NCBI GenBank assembly: GCA_038496445.1
Contig: JALMLS010000562.1
Location: 1-64,000 of the forward strand
From: Trichosphaerium sp. ATCC 40318
Taxonomy: Eukaryota; Protista; Tubulinea
Length of the DNA: 64,000 nt
Direction: 5' to 3'
Part shown: positions 37,725-51,603 of the stretch, in pieces
How positions within the stretch are numbered: position 1 is the stretch's first letter
Layout: each line of letters begins with the position of its first letter
Program-made: the position numbers and the translations under genes
The notes under the pieces: model-generated
The model's database searches: none
The model's input: the letters and a program-made list of their open reading frames with translations, nothing else
Told to the model about the DNA's origin: nothing

Positions 37725-40700
37725 TTAATTTTGTGATGGTATCTTTGAAGCAATTCTATCACGTATCGTTGTATAAGGAACATCTTTTACAAGGTTCAAT
37801 CTCAAGTAATTAAAATATGATGAGGACTTATCACAACAATCCAGTAATTTGAGTGTACCATCTTGATATTGTACAGGTGCCGGTGTTTTCTTTGTTAAAT
37901 CAATAACGGAAGGAAGTAAGCTCAATTGCGTTTTCTAATCAAAAATCAGTCCAAAAATGAAAACAATCATAAACAAAGCCATAAACAAAATCACGTGTCA
38001 ACTCTTGTTCACCCTCCTAAGCTAACAAGAAATGAAGTTTCTTATTTTGAATTTTCTTGATTGGTACACGTGATGGCAGTTTGGACGTACGTGAATCATT
38101 CCGTCGATCTCAGAAAGTCTCTTTTGACTGGAAGATATTTGTTCAAGAGTAGGAGTATCATTTCGCGGTACATTCAGTGGCTTAAGAAGCTTATTTGAAC
38201 TACTCGATGTGTACACTTGCTTTTGTGCTAAGTCCAGCCGGTTTTGCATAAACTTTATAGACGACTGAAGTGCAGTTATCTTCCACAATGTTAGCTACTT
38301 CATCTATTACGAACGTCAAGTACCTTCTTTCTAGATTCCTGTAACTTTGCTTCTAAAGCTTGATAACGCGTCATCTCTTGGCTATTAACAGTAACATCTT
38401 CATTCCTTACTTCTACAAACACTTAGAAAGAACCATAGTGTTACAAAGTTGTACCTTGTATTCGAAGTTTTCCAGCAAGTTCATCTGTTGTTTCTTGAGT
38501 TCTTACTAAGTTTGCTTTAAGCCTTGATACAGCATCATCATGTTGATTCTTCAATGCTCCGTATTCATTGTTTAGTTTCTCATACTTCGAAGAGAGTTGT
38601 TGATACTAGAGTTAATTAGCATAAACCTCAAATAGAAAGAAGTCATTAGTACTTTTTTCTCATTTTTTTCCATTTCTGTGCTCTTTTTACTCAAATCTCT
38701 CATTGCTCCAGTTAGTTTTGTCTTGTAAGATGATATGATCTTTAATTTCCCATCCAACTGTTCACGAGACTACACGAAACATTAATCACAGAACCACAAA
38801 ATATAGAAACCAGATTCATACGCTATTAACCATGCGTTCCATAACACTGGTACGCTCAATCCGCCCTCTAATTTTAAGGGCTCTTGCTTGTAACGCGTCT
38901 AAACACTTATAAATACAATATCCCTAAAGAAGGACTTGTTTCGTTACCTGGTGGATTCGGTGGTAAAGCAACACTTAAAACATCATTGTCTAATGTCTGT
39001 GCGAATTCATCCATGACTTCACTCAGCCAATCCATCCAAACTCCAAAAGAACTGAAGTTATGTCAGTACATCCAATTTCGCTGTAAAGTACGTACTCTCT
39101 AACACCTAAACCTTCACCTTTTGCAGGTGGCGCTATAGGAGGTATAGCAGTGCTGTCTACATTTTCTTCGTTCAAGACATTGTTTGCTGTTTGTATATCC
39201 AGTCTCAACTTGTCTTCATCAAAAGTAGCCAAGAAATCTACGATCCTCTTCTTTGTTGACTCAGCCTATAATTAAACATTTAACCTTTGCTGTTACTAAT
39301 CAAAAAACTATCATCGTACGCCCGTGAATTGTTTCATAAGAGAAGACACAACTGCTACCATATTGTCCAAGTTACGAAGCCAAACAGGGTCTTTACGGAG
39401 TGCTAGAGATGACACCTTTTTGCAAAAGCCTCTATGCGAATATGGGTCAGATTTCAGTTTTGTTTCATGTTGGCGTACTGTACTGTCTTTGCGAGTCCTT
39501 TTAGCTGGGCAATACCAACTACAGTTTCTTCTTCCTTTTCTTTACATGCAAGTATGAATAAAAACAGATAATCCTTAACAGTGTTAAAAGGACGATGATA
39601 AAACCTGCTCGAAGGATATCCAGTGCCACCAACAAGAGATTCATCCAAGATTTTTGACAAGAACGATTGAACTGACTATCAACAATGTCAGAAATTTTTT
39701 CTATCATTCTAATGGCGTACATCAAGTTCATCTAGTTGGTATGATTGGGATAAGTCATCAGCTTTTATGAGATCCAATAGCTTATCTATTCTTTTTTCAT
39801 TTTGCTCAATTTCACTTCCTTCTTTTTGAGCAATTTCTACAGCAACAGCTCCAGAATCACCTTTGATTATTCTAGAAGTAATCTCAAGTTCTTGTTGAAT
39901 ATTTGAAAGTCGCACGTGAAGCTTGTTTAAACAACAAGTTAGCCATTTCTACAAAGTAGAACTAAAAGTTAACTGAAGTTTATGGTGTACCTTAATTAAA
40001 AAGTGTTTGTGCTCATCGTAATCGTCTTCAATTACTTTATCAAATTCCATCTGACGATTAACAAACCTAAGAACTATAGCAGTCTTGCGTATCATCCGTT
40101 GAAATCCGAAATAAAACTCATAAACTTCCATATCACCAACAAGTAACTCATCTGGAACGACTGTCTATTTACAAGTTTTTAAGAGATAGCTTTGTAAACT
40201 TTACACCTTACCGTATATAAATCTAGTTTAGTTGCAACTTCATCCAGCCTCATTGACTCTATTTCATTATCAATCTCATCCACAACTGCCTTTCTTATTT
40301 TTTTCTTGCGAGAACAGTTAGACTTGAAGTTGCTGACGATTATTGCCGTTCAAACACGTCTAAGTACCTGTAATTCGTAGTTGACATTTGCTAGTTTCTC
40401 CAGCTTATCTTCAGTGTTTGATCCGTTCGCAGTAGTTTTACCTGAACTTACATGTACATCCTCCATTTCAACCAAAACCTGGTATTGAGATATTGTGTCT
40501 TCAAATTCATTAATCTTTCTCGTTAAAGACGCGTTCACAGCTCTCAATTGGGACACCTCTGAGTCTCTTGCCTCTTTTTTGAATTATTTTCACAACCCAA
40601 ATTGTAATAGTTCATACATACGTATCTGGTTTAATAGAGCTCCTTCGACTTCTGCTTGCTCCATCTCCATTTCTTCGGAAAGTTTATTTAATTCAGTCAA

Positions 40701-42516
40701 ATCAGAAATACGCTCCTTTAAAATTTCTGTTCTCTAGATATTGTATTAAACCGGGACTCTTTGCTAGAGATGTTCTAACAATATTACCTCCTCTAATGCC
40801 AATTTACTCTGTACTAGACCTTCTAGTTGGTCTTCAAGGTGTTTAGAGTTATCTACTTGAGATTGTAGAGTTCCAATTTCTTGCTCTTTATTGTACAATG
40901 CTACTTCAAGTGCTGTCATTTTTTCTAAACGACAAAGTTATTAGTTATCACAGTCCTCCTTACTTGAGTATTATTCAAGGATTACGTACCACGCATCTTT
41001 GGAATATCACCTGTTTCGTTCTGAAGCGCTGATATTCGTTCCTCTGCTTGGTGCTTTAGAGTATATAATGCAGAGCGAAGGAGTTGATTTTGATTCAATA
41101 CAACATCCATATCCTTGTCGGAAAGAGGTACGTCTCCTTCTCCAGAAGCAACTAGAAATTAATCAACACCTAGAACTAAATATTTCAAATTATCTCGTAC
41201 CTTTCTCTTGTCGTTCCTTGTCTCGATCTAGTACTGTTTGCCTGAACTGATGTAACAACTTGATTTCATCTACCATTTTTACCATTTCCTACAAAGACAG
41301 AACTGTCACTTTCTGCTTGTTTTAAGGAGCTTGGGCAAACACTCCAGTTACTATTTAATACCTCATTATTTTGTTGTAGTTGCTCTTCAGCAATTTCTTT
41401 ATCAAGAACAGCCATATCCAACTCTTCAGTAGCAAACTGTAGCTCATGCTTATGTTTTTCTTCAAGTTGTTTTATTTTTTCTTCAAAAGGAGCGATGATT
41501 GTTGCAGTATCCATACTACTCCTATAAACAAAAACGTTAGTGTTAGGGAGTCCACATAAATAAAGTAAATGTAGTAAACACCACGCACTTGAACTCATCA
41601 TACTCTTGTTTAAGGCTCTCTGCATTTTTTTCACTTTCTTGTAGATTGGCTTTAATTTGTATGATTTGTTGCGTAAGCAATTCTTCAAGTTTCTTTTTTT
41701 CCTCGAGCTGTACACTCTTTTCCCTAAGAGCTTCGTCATTAATACAAGCACTAGACCAACTAAATCGTGCTTTAATTCTTCTACTTGTGATTTTAACTCT
41801 TTAGTCTCAAGTCTAAGCGACACAAGTTCTGGATCTTCCTCTGGTACTTCGGGTTCTTTCGGTTTTTGTTTTGGTTTTGTTGTCCCTGGTGGTCTCTTCT
41901 TTGCTGAAACTTTCTTCTTAGCTACAGTAACCTTCTTTGGTGATTTTTTTACGCGCTTGCCCTTTACAACGCGCTTGACAACCCTTTTAACCTTTGCTGG
42001 TCCTTTTCTTGGTGCCGGTGACTTGGCAACTTTTTTAACAGTTTTTTTTACTCGCCTGACTTTTCTAGGTCCCGCAGAGGCAGGTGATAGACCTTTTGGC
42101 GTAGGTCCCTTTGTTGGGGCTCTTTTAGGCGATCGCTTCGGTGGCGCTTTTTTTCCGCGTGCAGCTGGTGAAGGTGACCTCTCTCTGTTCGCGCACGTGG
42201 TTAGTCACGTGATTTAAATAAAAAAATATATCGAAGCTATACTTACTTTCTCATGACGCGTGCTATCTCTGAAGGCTTTGCAAAGTACCCGTGCTTTGGT
42301 TTACACTGAAAATATCGCTTTCCATCAAGGCTACCATCAGAATCCGCCACTTTTTTGTTTAGGTAGATTCTTTGGATAGTAATACTTACCTGGCTTTGTA
42401 AATGATACACCGATTGTTGTTCCCGATGCTGTCTTGCCTATCCATTTAACTGTGCCTAGTCCAAACGCTGGCTTTGTTTTTATTTTTACCGTACTCCCTA
42501 CGCGCAGTTTAGACAT
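37725..42516 (-). CDS. DCTN1: Dynactin subunit 1 (p150Glued)-like
   Basis: N-terminal CAP-Gly (GTVKWIG..IGV..DGSLDGKRYFQCKPKHGYF), basic region, then EELDMAVLDKEIAEE and long coiled coils. Confidence 0.88.
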
Positions 42517-42994
42517 GACAGCCAAGAGACAATAAAAATAGAACGACCTGGACTTTTTTGCTAGCAATCTTTTTTTGTCTTAACAAAGTTAAACGCCATC
42601 ATTATTTTATTTCGTGCAAAGGTTGATTAGGATTGCGACAACAACATCACAACCCAAAAAAGATAAACAAGTTTAAATAATGGCGCAAGCATCGCACAAT
42701 ATAACGACATAGGTATCCTGGTTTTTAGCCTGCACTTCCTTTTCTCCGGAGCACAAAAGTTCTGTCCTTGTTTTAGTGTTTTCGTATTTTCTGGTAAAGT
42801 GTATTCAGATATTTCACCTTTTGCTATTCGTTCAAGTATCCCATGGCGACACGTGCGCCATCATATACATGGTTACTTTTTTACCAACAAGAGGCACATC
42901 AGGCTCTTTCAAGTCACTAAAAAAAAAACAACAAATAAAATAATTATGTGTTCTTTTCGGCATTTTCACTCGCATTTCAACAAGTAAGCAACAC

Positions 42995-45012
42995 ATGACT
43001 ATTTTTAAAATAGCTATTTTCGTAAGTACATATTTAATATCAACAAACCCGCTATTCCAAAACATGTGTTTTAGCTAATTGCCAAAACAAAAAGTCGAAT
43101 GATTTGACATTTTGTTCATACGTTTAATAGGTTATATTGTTGAGTATACAAGCCATTAAAGCCGAAATATATTGTGGCAACTTTTCTGGGGACAGCACAT
43201 CGTATCCGTACGCACACGTACCTTCGTACCCTTTGTTCTGATTAGTTCCTTTGTTTAGCTTCCGTACAGCTAACACTTGGAGAGATATCTCCGGTAACTT
43301 AGTGCTTGCTTCAAAATCACCAACAAATATAACTGGAGCAATTATTTTGATAGAGGAGAAACTAGATAACATTGAGGCTACACTGGAGTACGCTTATTAC
43401 GAGACAATTTCGTAACATTTCCATAAACATCCACTTGACGTGTACACTCAACCACTTCTGCCCTAACTATAATTCAGGCCTTTCCTTGGTCGCGGCGCTA
43501 CAGCTCTTGTTATCAAACGGGGTCTTGGAGCAGGGAAAGGTAGTTTGTAGATGAATAATCTTGTGCTTACGAATGTCTAGACTTTTTTACAACTAGTGGC
43601 TCTAGTGATCACGTGACAACACCCACCGTGGATATAGAAGGTATTACAAATACTAAAATACATCTGACACGTATAAGAATCTATATATAATACGCTACTG
43701 GCTCTATTGCAGGAAGACAATGACAACTTCACATGTATAGCAAGACTAACTTGGGGTACTAAAAATCGAAGACCTGTAGACCCTTTCCTGCCTAACCAAT
43801 TAGAGGACAACCCCTTCTACGATATTTACCGCGGCCCAGTCTTTATTATTTTGGTCAACATCATACCTGGTCTATGGGCTTTGTGTAACATTGTGCGTAA
43901 TAACGCCAATAAAATATTTGCTCATAAACCATAGGCGTATGCCTCTTATAAACTTCATATCGGTGTCAACGAACCAAAATGGAGATCTTCGCCCCTGATA
44001 GTATTGCTATGTGAGGTAGTTGCTAACTTTGGTACGTTACCATTACAACATTGATATGTTACAACTCACTAAGGTGTATTGTTTAGCTCGACTGTTGTAC
44101 TACCCCTTAGATCCTTGGGAGACAAGGCGTATACTTCCCTACAATGTTACTCTGTTTTTCCATAACTTACAGTTACCTTTTGCTTTTGGTTCTTTATTCA
44201 TTATCACATTGTATTGGCACGAAGTTATTCAAGCACAAAAGGACATGGATATCACAAAGTTCTTGCCAAAACTCAGGATTTATTTTTATGTTACTGCCTG
44301 CGTTTTCTTTGCTATTACAGTTGTGGCTGGCGCTACAGGATCACTTCGAGTACGTGCTAAGTCACTTGCGGTTCTAACTGACATTGTAATAGAACTCTTT
44401 GGTCGTCCTAGTACGCTCGATTCTGATCTACAATGAGCGCTCCGTATTTACATTCTTGTTTAGAATATAGTAGTATGGTCCATTTATATACTGGCGTTTA
44501 TTGTTGTGTGCATTTTATACAATGTGACAGCCACGAGGGTAATAATTAGATTACGATCATTGAGAAGTATAGGTGTTGAAAAAGTACGAAGGGTACGTGG
44601 CATTTTGCCAATTCACTCAAACTTCTCAACGGTTCTCGCTAAGTTAGAACAAAAGGTGATGAAACGCTCTATTGCTATTGGCGTACTACTAGCGATTTTT
44701 ATACTCTCTTCACTCGCCCTATTTGCTAGTGTAGTACAATATCCTTGGCCAAGAGTAATCATTATTATTTTACTTACATACCCTCTGCTTGGTATTAGCA
44801 CAATTCAAATATCTAACCTTTATTGTGAAACAAAACTAACGAAAGGCCAACCAAGGCAGACAATCAAGGATATGACACCATCTACAATTTCAATGGCAAG
44901 TGATCTACAAAGTAGGAGTAAGAAAGAGGAAAAAAGAAAGAATGGTGTTATTGACGAAGTACAGATTGGTACTCGTATACCAGAAAGGCGAGGTAGTGTT
45001 TCTCAAGTGTAA
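42995..45012 (+). CDS. Signal peptide plus PA-like extracellular domain plus multi-pass (about 7 TM) membrane protein
   Basis: MTIFKIAIF-VILLSIQAIKA signal; GAIILI, GATALVI, TPTVDI; then hydrophobic helices including ITLYWHE and a polar tail. Confidence 0.6.
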
Positions 45013-45136
45013 TTTAATGCTATCTGATAGTATATTAGAAAATAAATAAATACGAGATCACGTGTTTTGTTTTATTTTTTTGTACTATTTACATTTCTGT
45101 ACGCTTTGTATTTTTGAGGTAACAAGAGCACAGTAG

Positions 45137-47216
45137 TTATGTGTAATTATCTACAATAATCTGATATACACCAACAATGCCAAAAAAGGTAGCTGTTACA
45201 ACCAGTAGCATGGCTGGTACCTTTTTAGTCAAAGGTTTATAAAAAGTCCAAGGTCTTGAGAACCACGAAGTACTAAGGACAACATAAGAAAAGAGGCTGA
45301 AGATTGTCAAGAAAAACTGCACCTTTGTTGAGGTTCTTCATCTCTAGTTTTATCCAGTTCTAATTGCACATCATCACCATCATTTCCCTAACAAGTGGCT
45401 GTTATTGAAAGTCCATTTTCCATTTTGAACCTACCATTAAAAGAGAAGTTTCTTCGCCAATAGACTTCTCTTTGTACAAAATAATATAAAACAACGCTGG
45501 AAATACGAATATAATAAGTTGACCAACCTAAAATATTCTGATTAGATTGGGGTTCAACTATTCTCTAGTACCGTTGCACCAACTATACCAAAAACAACAG
45601 ATATATTAGGTATAACTATAGCAACTACAAACGACAACACAATAAGTACTGAAGCTATGATAAATATGCGATAAGCCGGAACATAGTTTTGAGCTTTTGG
45701 GAACAACAAACGATCAAGTGCACACCTACAGCGCTCATTGGCACATACTTGGATAGGAAAATATTGTCCTATTGGTGGTCAACGCACCTTGCTGGGTAGC
45801 ACAAAATTGGGTATGAAAAGAATATGATCAATGCAAAGCCACACTTAACAACTTCAAAAAGTATATCACCCTCAAAATTGGTTAACACGTTGCCTACTTT
45901 TTGTTAGTATTCCAATAAAACTACGAATATAAACCTTTGTTCACGCACTTTCCGTTGCTTCATAGAATTGAAGGTAGCCAAACACTGACGTGATGAGGTA
46001 AACTGTAGAACATAAAATTACAGCCATAACAACCTTCAAATATTTTGATTAAAAACACGTGTTAAAAGCAGTAAATAAATAGTACGTACAGATCGATTAA
46101 TTGATTTCGTTGTTGTATCGTGCATTTCAATCCATATAGGAAAGATGTTTGGGTGAAATGTAAAAGCAAAAGAAATAAGTGGTAAAGCAACAAAAATGTC
46201 TAATGACATTTTTGCTAATTTCAGTTCAGATTTTCTAACACCTTACAGACAATAATATCAGTACATAATCAATCCAACAAACAATATTTACCTTCTTTGG
46301 CAAGTGTTTGGCATCCCCTTATTGTTATGCCTACAACCATGAATAGAATACACGCAATTGCAATCTGATTGGTAACTCAATACAATTTTGCTTCTTGTAG
46401 TACTAACCATAGAAGTGTATCGTAATGAATGGATATGCCGAAGATTGCACAGTGGAAATAATACGAATACACATACCATAGCTTGGATCCATCTTTGGTA
46501 GTCAGTACGAACCAAAAACAATACAAAGCAACACAAAAAGGGAAGAGGGTACCTTGGGTCAGCATAAAACCCTACATGACCGAGAAGGTTTGGTATAAGA
46601 TCACCTGGATGCAATGTAAGCGTTGTAAATAGAATAAATAGTGAGCACCTATAATGACGATGTAGCCGACCATTGCACCAAACAAGAACACTACAAGGCA
46701 AACATCCACCTATTTTTGTTTAACGACTACTTCTCACGTGATCGAAACGAAAAGTGGTAGTATAACGTACAATTAATGGGCCAAACCGGCCAAATGCTGA
46801 TTTGCTGACGTCTTTGTACGATTTTCCTTAAAAAGGTCAAAATGCGCCAGTACAAATACCCACGCATGATCTTACGCGTTCAAAAGCAATAAGACTAGCA
46901 TTGCATGACAGCACGAAATGTCAAAAGAAACGGTACCTGCAAATATGGGATCAACAGAACAAGCAGTGAGCAGCCTTGAACTGTATGCCACCAGTACAGA
47001 ACAAACAAAGAGCAAAATAGAGCCAAGTACTATACCAGTTGATTTAAATGCAAATGGTAACGCTAATACGCCACCACCCATTATAGTGTTGCTCAAATTA
47101 AAGACAGCTGATGGAATACGCGAATAAGTTTTCTTTGTTAGTCCGTAAACCACCTCATCATGATCAAATGAGTTCTCAGACGCTGAGGAACGCCTGCGCT
47201 CCAAGCGTACTGACAT
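45137..47216 (-). CDS. SLC38/AVT-type amino acid transporter
   Basis: AVFNLSNTIMGGGVLALPFAF, SLRYTS, FAFTFHPN, FGYLQF, IVGAT. Confidence 0.93.
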
Positions 47217-47293
47217 TCCCAACAATTTTGTGAGTTTTTGTCGGTTTACAGATTTTGACTGCGATATCGTAATTTTCAAGCTCCTAAAGCGCA

Positions 47294-49417
47294 ATGAGGA
47301 CTATTTTGCTCCTGGCGATTCTTGTAGTAGCATGCAGTGCAACAGCTTCATATGAAGCACAATTTGAAGTAGGTTCCGAGTCGCAAGAAGCTACGTACGC
47401 TCATTCGTCATAACTGTGCCGATACTCACGTGGTTTTAGCTTCTATTGGCATTTTCCACCCAATATCGTTTACACTTTAATGCCTACTTCGGCAACAGGT
47501 GCTCTACGCTCAATAACATCCATCTAACTCAATTTAGCAAACTCTTCGCTAAAATATGCTCCTGATTCCGTGGCTAGTACACCAAAAACCCTCTACTCTA
47601 GCAACGATAGCAGCCAACCAGAGTATATCTACTTAGTCTCACAGGTAACGGCAAAAAAACTTAAAAAAAATTTATATGTCATTCAAAAACTAAATATTGT
47701 GATAGTTCTTGTCCGACAAAGTCGGATTCATCGTCGCCACCTTCGGTTTAATACCTGGTTACTTTGTACGTTCCATTGAAGCTCACTTGCTGTTTATCCA
47801 ACACCCTTTAACAGTAGCAAGGTTGCAAGCGGTGACCTCAACACAGGTACTTATCAGCAAATTGCAACACCGGATGATGTATCGGGGAGACAAGCGGGCG
47901 GCTCAGGTGACATTGTACGAATTTTTTTTGTTGGAAGGTTTAGAACAACAGCTTGCAATTCGAAAGTTTATGTATTTGTAGCGTGGCATCTATGTTGGTG
48001 CCAACCACGTTGCTCCAGGTTTCACCAATGTGCCCGGGAGGGTATACGAATGCTCAGGAGATCCTTGCACACAGTTATACGAGGCAAATAGTACAATTTC
48101 CAACATCTAATTGTTAAGTACTTTGTAGTTTTCTGAACCTCTTGGCGCTTCCACTGCAGTATTTGGAAAGGCAGTTAGTCCATCAGGTATTGTATTCCAC
48201 TATTTTACGCGACCATAACAACTCCAGGAAGGTATATATTGGGCGCTACAGATATCACAACAATTAGTGTTGGCAGCCCAGAATTCAAAGGATCGGTTTA
48301 TTTCATGCTTGATACACAAACTAATACAGTAGCTGAATTATTTGACAACCGTAATGCGTCAGCTGGTATCAGTGCAAAAGCTGCTGTTAAGCCTATTGGC
48401 GTATTTCTTGATGATTCGCAAGCTGTTATTGTAGACTATGAGATAAACAATACTGGATCTCAACTAAAGCCATTTTTACAGCCTGACTTGGGTAAAGTTT
48501 CATACAACTTTATTGATGGTACAAACAAAAGAGAAGTTTCTCTATTATGATCTAAGTCTTGTAGGTGTATCACTTCGTTATTGGTCTAGTGCTGATGGCG
48601 TTAGTGATCCTATTGCATCAATTGGTGCTGGTAAATTCCATGGAGATCTTGTGAGGCTTTCTTCAACTAAGAGTCCGTCTTTGCTTCAAAACGTTTAACT
48701 AAATTGTTGTAGTGGCTTGGGCTCAAATATTAAGAGTAAATGGGACTGTGACAGGTTTCACAATACGAGAGCTTACTCTGTCAGGATCTTCTATTACTAC
48801 GGACACCGAGATATACTCAAGTAGCAATACTTTAGTAAATGATAATGGAGAATATGGCTTATGGGTACCGCCTATACTTTGTTGTTTGTGGGTGTTAACA
48901 TGCGACATTTTAGGTTATTAACGGATCAATATACTGGGCTGAGAATACTGCACAAGGACACAGTATTATGAAACACACTGTGGGTGCTCTTGCAAATACA
49001 GCGACAGCTGTTCAAACTGGTAGCGGATCATTGAATGACGCAATCAAACCACAAACAGATGGTGTATTAATATACGTTGTATGCAAAATTCTTACCTAAT
49101 AGCTCTCGTTAACACGTTTTAGGCTGTCAACGGCGGTACAACTACTATCTATGCTTATGATACGTCAGACAACACTAGAGTCGATGTCACAACATCATCT
49201 AACCGTACGTCTTAATTATGTTGTTTCTGCTTACGCCATCAAAGCCCTCAAGTCTTGGTTTGTAGACGACACTCACATATTTTGGTGTGAGGAAACAGGT
49301 TCTACGTTTACAGTGAGTGGACGCCAAGTAGAACAAGCAGAACAACCTGATACCTCAGCAGCTGGAAGGAGCGTTGTTTACGCTTTTGCCTTCGTATTGT
49401 TTAGTTTGATGCTGTAG
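47294..49417 (+). CDS. Secreted or GPI-anchored beta-rich hypothetical protein
   Basis: MRTILLLAILVVACSA signal, many short exons rich in S/T/G/V, hydrophobic C-terminus (SAAGRSVVYAFAFVLFSLML). Confidence 0.7.
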
Positions 49418-49898
49418 ATGCCACAAATAAAACACATTAACTGTTATCGGCAGCAGCAACGCCTTTTTAGGTAACGCCTGCATAGATTGCAGATGCAATA
49501 AGGAACACAGTGTGTAGTTTGCTTTTAGTTCACACTTTGGCGTGGAAATGTTACTTGAAGGTTCGGGCTGTTCTTTCAAAGTAAGCTCATTGATTTTAAG
49601 AACAATATTGAGAATAGAAGCGAAAACAAGAATATCGTTGAACGCGCTGTGTATTGTTAAACGTACCCAAACACTCTCAACAGCAAGTTACATTGTGTTT
49701 TAAAGTAGTTCAGTTATCTGGCACATGGAATAGCTAAAAAATAGTTCCCTTCGGCGCGAATACTCACCAGAGACTGCCAATATTGAGATTTTAATATACC
49801 AACAGCCTATAATGCAATCCACACAGTATTTACAAGAATTCTGTCCTAAATACGCGGCAAGCGTCAGAGATAATGGTGCGTTTATAGAATGTTAATTA

Positions 49899-51199
49899 TG
49901 CATACAAGCAGCAGTACCTACCCTAGAGATACCGAAATCGTGAAGAAAATAAATCTACTATGTGTACATACTCTAAGCGTTCGTGTAGGCCACATAAATT
50001 TTAACCGCTACGAAAAACTCCATGGATCACTAAGTACCACAACAACACATAAAACCTCACTTAGGAGCCCCCAGCGAGTACGCACTACCACCCAGAACTA
50101 AATTAAACCATTTTCTTTTGCAAAAACCGTTTAAAACCACCCAAAACTTTTTTCCCTCACGGCCTTCTCTTCGCTTATTTCAGAAACCTAACACTTACTC
50201 ACAGGGTTCACCGCGCAGCAAGTTTGTAATAACACTTAAAGACGGCTCTCGCGTCGTTTCGGGGCGCAATAGGTACGATATAGGAGTTTATCGTTAAAGT
50301 ACACAAAGGTGACATCGTCTAAATTTTTTTCGCTTTTAGGCCCAGTAAACTCGACAATTGTATAAATACGCCTCGTACAGCGCTAAATAATAATGTATAC
50401 CAAAGCGCAAACGTTGGCATGTCGCTTCGCGCGTTTACCGCTATGCTAAAAAGGTAAACCCGCCCTCAATAATTTTTTCCTTGGCTTTACTTTCTATTGC
50501 TTACAAAGTGCTGTAGTATGCATGGCTATATCCGACCTGTAATTATGAATAGTCACATTAACATGTGTACCGCATTAAAGGTGCGCACCGGTTGGATTTC
50601 AAAAACTTGCTTTTTTGATGTTCATTCCATTTATGTCCTTGTAGATTCTTGGCCAAGCCAATATTCACCCTCAAGCACGATGTGATGCGTTAACAGACGC
50701 TCAAATCAAATGTATATACCACAAACTCAAACGTCATTTAACAGCTGATAAACAAAATCCGAATTCAAACCAGTCTGGAAATATTGGGAATATGGAAAAT
50801 ATTGCTCCAAAGAATCGTTATGGCGCTACACCAACACCACATAGCGATATACCTTTCCACAAATTGACACTTGGCGGTTTTAGAGCGCCAACAAGATTTA
50901 TAGTTCTCAAACAAGGTATAAAACGAAAGCGCGGGTTTGCGCTTGGCACTGGTATTTGGCTACGGCGAAAAAGGCAGAAAACATCCGCACTGCGGCTGGA
51001 CGAACGTCAGAATAATTTTCAACCACTAAATGTCATTCACAACTACTCAAGGGATCGCGTTGTAGTGCCTCAAAACAATTCACAAGGGCATCATAAGCGT
51101 AAACGATCATGGGGAAGCAGTTTTGATCAAAACAAATGTAATATGAAAAGAGTAAAATTAGACCCTCTATTGTACTATACACGCCTAATTATCTTTTAA
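49899..51199 (+). CDS. Possible hypothetical basic protein (exon structure unresolved)
   Basis: Splice-bounded open segments at about 50184-50272 and 50340-50453 and the Arg/Lys-rich ORF 50792-51199. Confidence 0.35.
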
Positions 51200-51603
51200 A
51201 ATCGTACCACCAATCGGTGATTTGTACTAAAAGCGAATTGTTACAGAATTTACCAATTCTGTAACACAGAAATTGTAAAATGGAAAGTTTGGCTTTCGTT
51301 GAAACGAAAACTTTCATTTGGAGTGGTGAGTCCGTGGAAACTTCGGCAACGTTTTCTATGTTTCTGTTTATAAACACCAATGTTGTCGTACAATTTCTCT
51401 AAAACAACTCCGGACGCTCTGATATTGGAGAATTCCTTAATTTGAATCACTTTCTTCTTCAAGTTTTACGCTACAATAGACAGTTTCTACTTTGCTATCT
51501 TGTATTTATAGTATCTTTGAAGCGGAACGCAAAAAGTGACGGACATTTCTTAAGAAAAGGTACCTTAATTTTGATCATTCTACAAAAGTACAACAAGAGT
51601 AAC

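Noticed and set aside
41657-42217. 186-aa plus-strand ORF, and similar antisense ORFs at 2629, 7328, 21642, 32628 and 56470
   Set aside because: Shadow frames opposite real low-complexity or coding exons.
42640-43372. Minus-strand ORFs 42832-43065 and 43124-43372
   Set aside because: They overlap the plus-strand signal-peptide and PA exons or the divergent promoter region, and no coherent spliced model was found.
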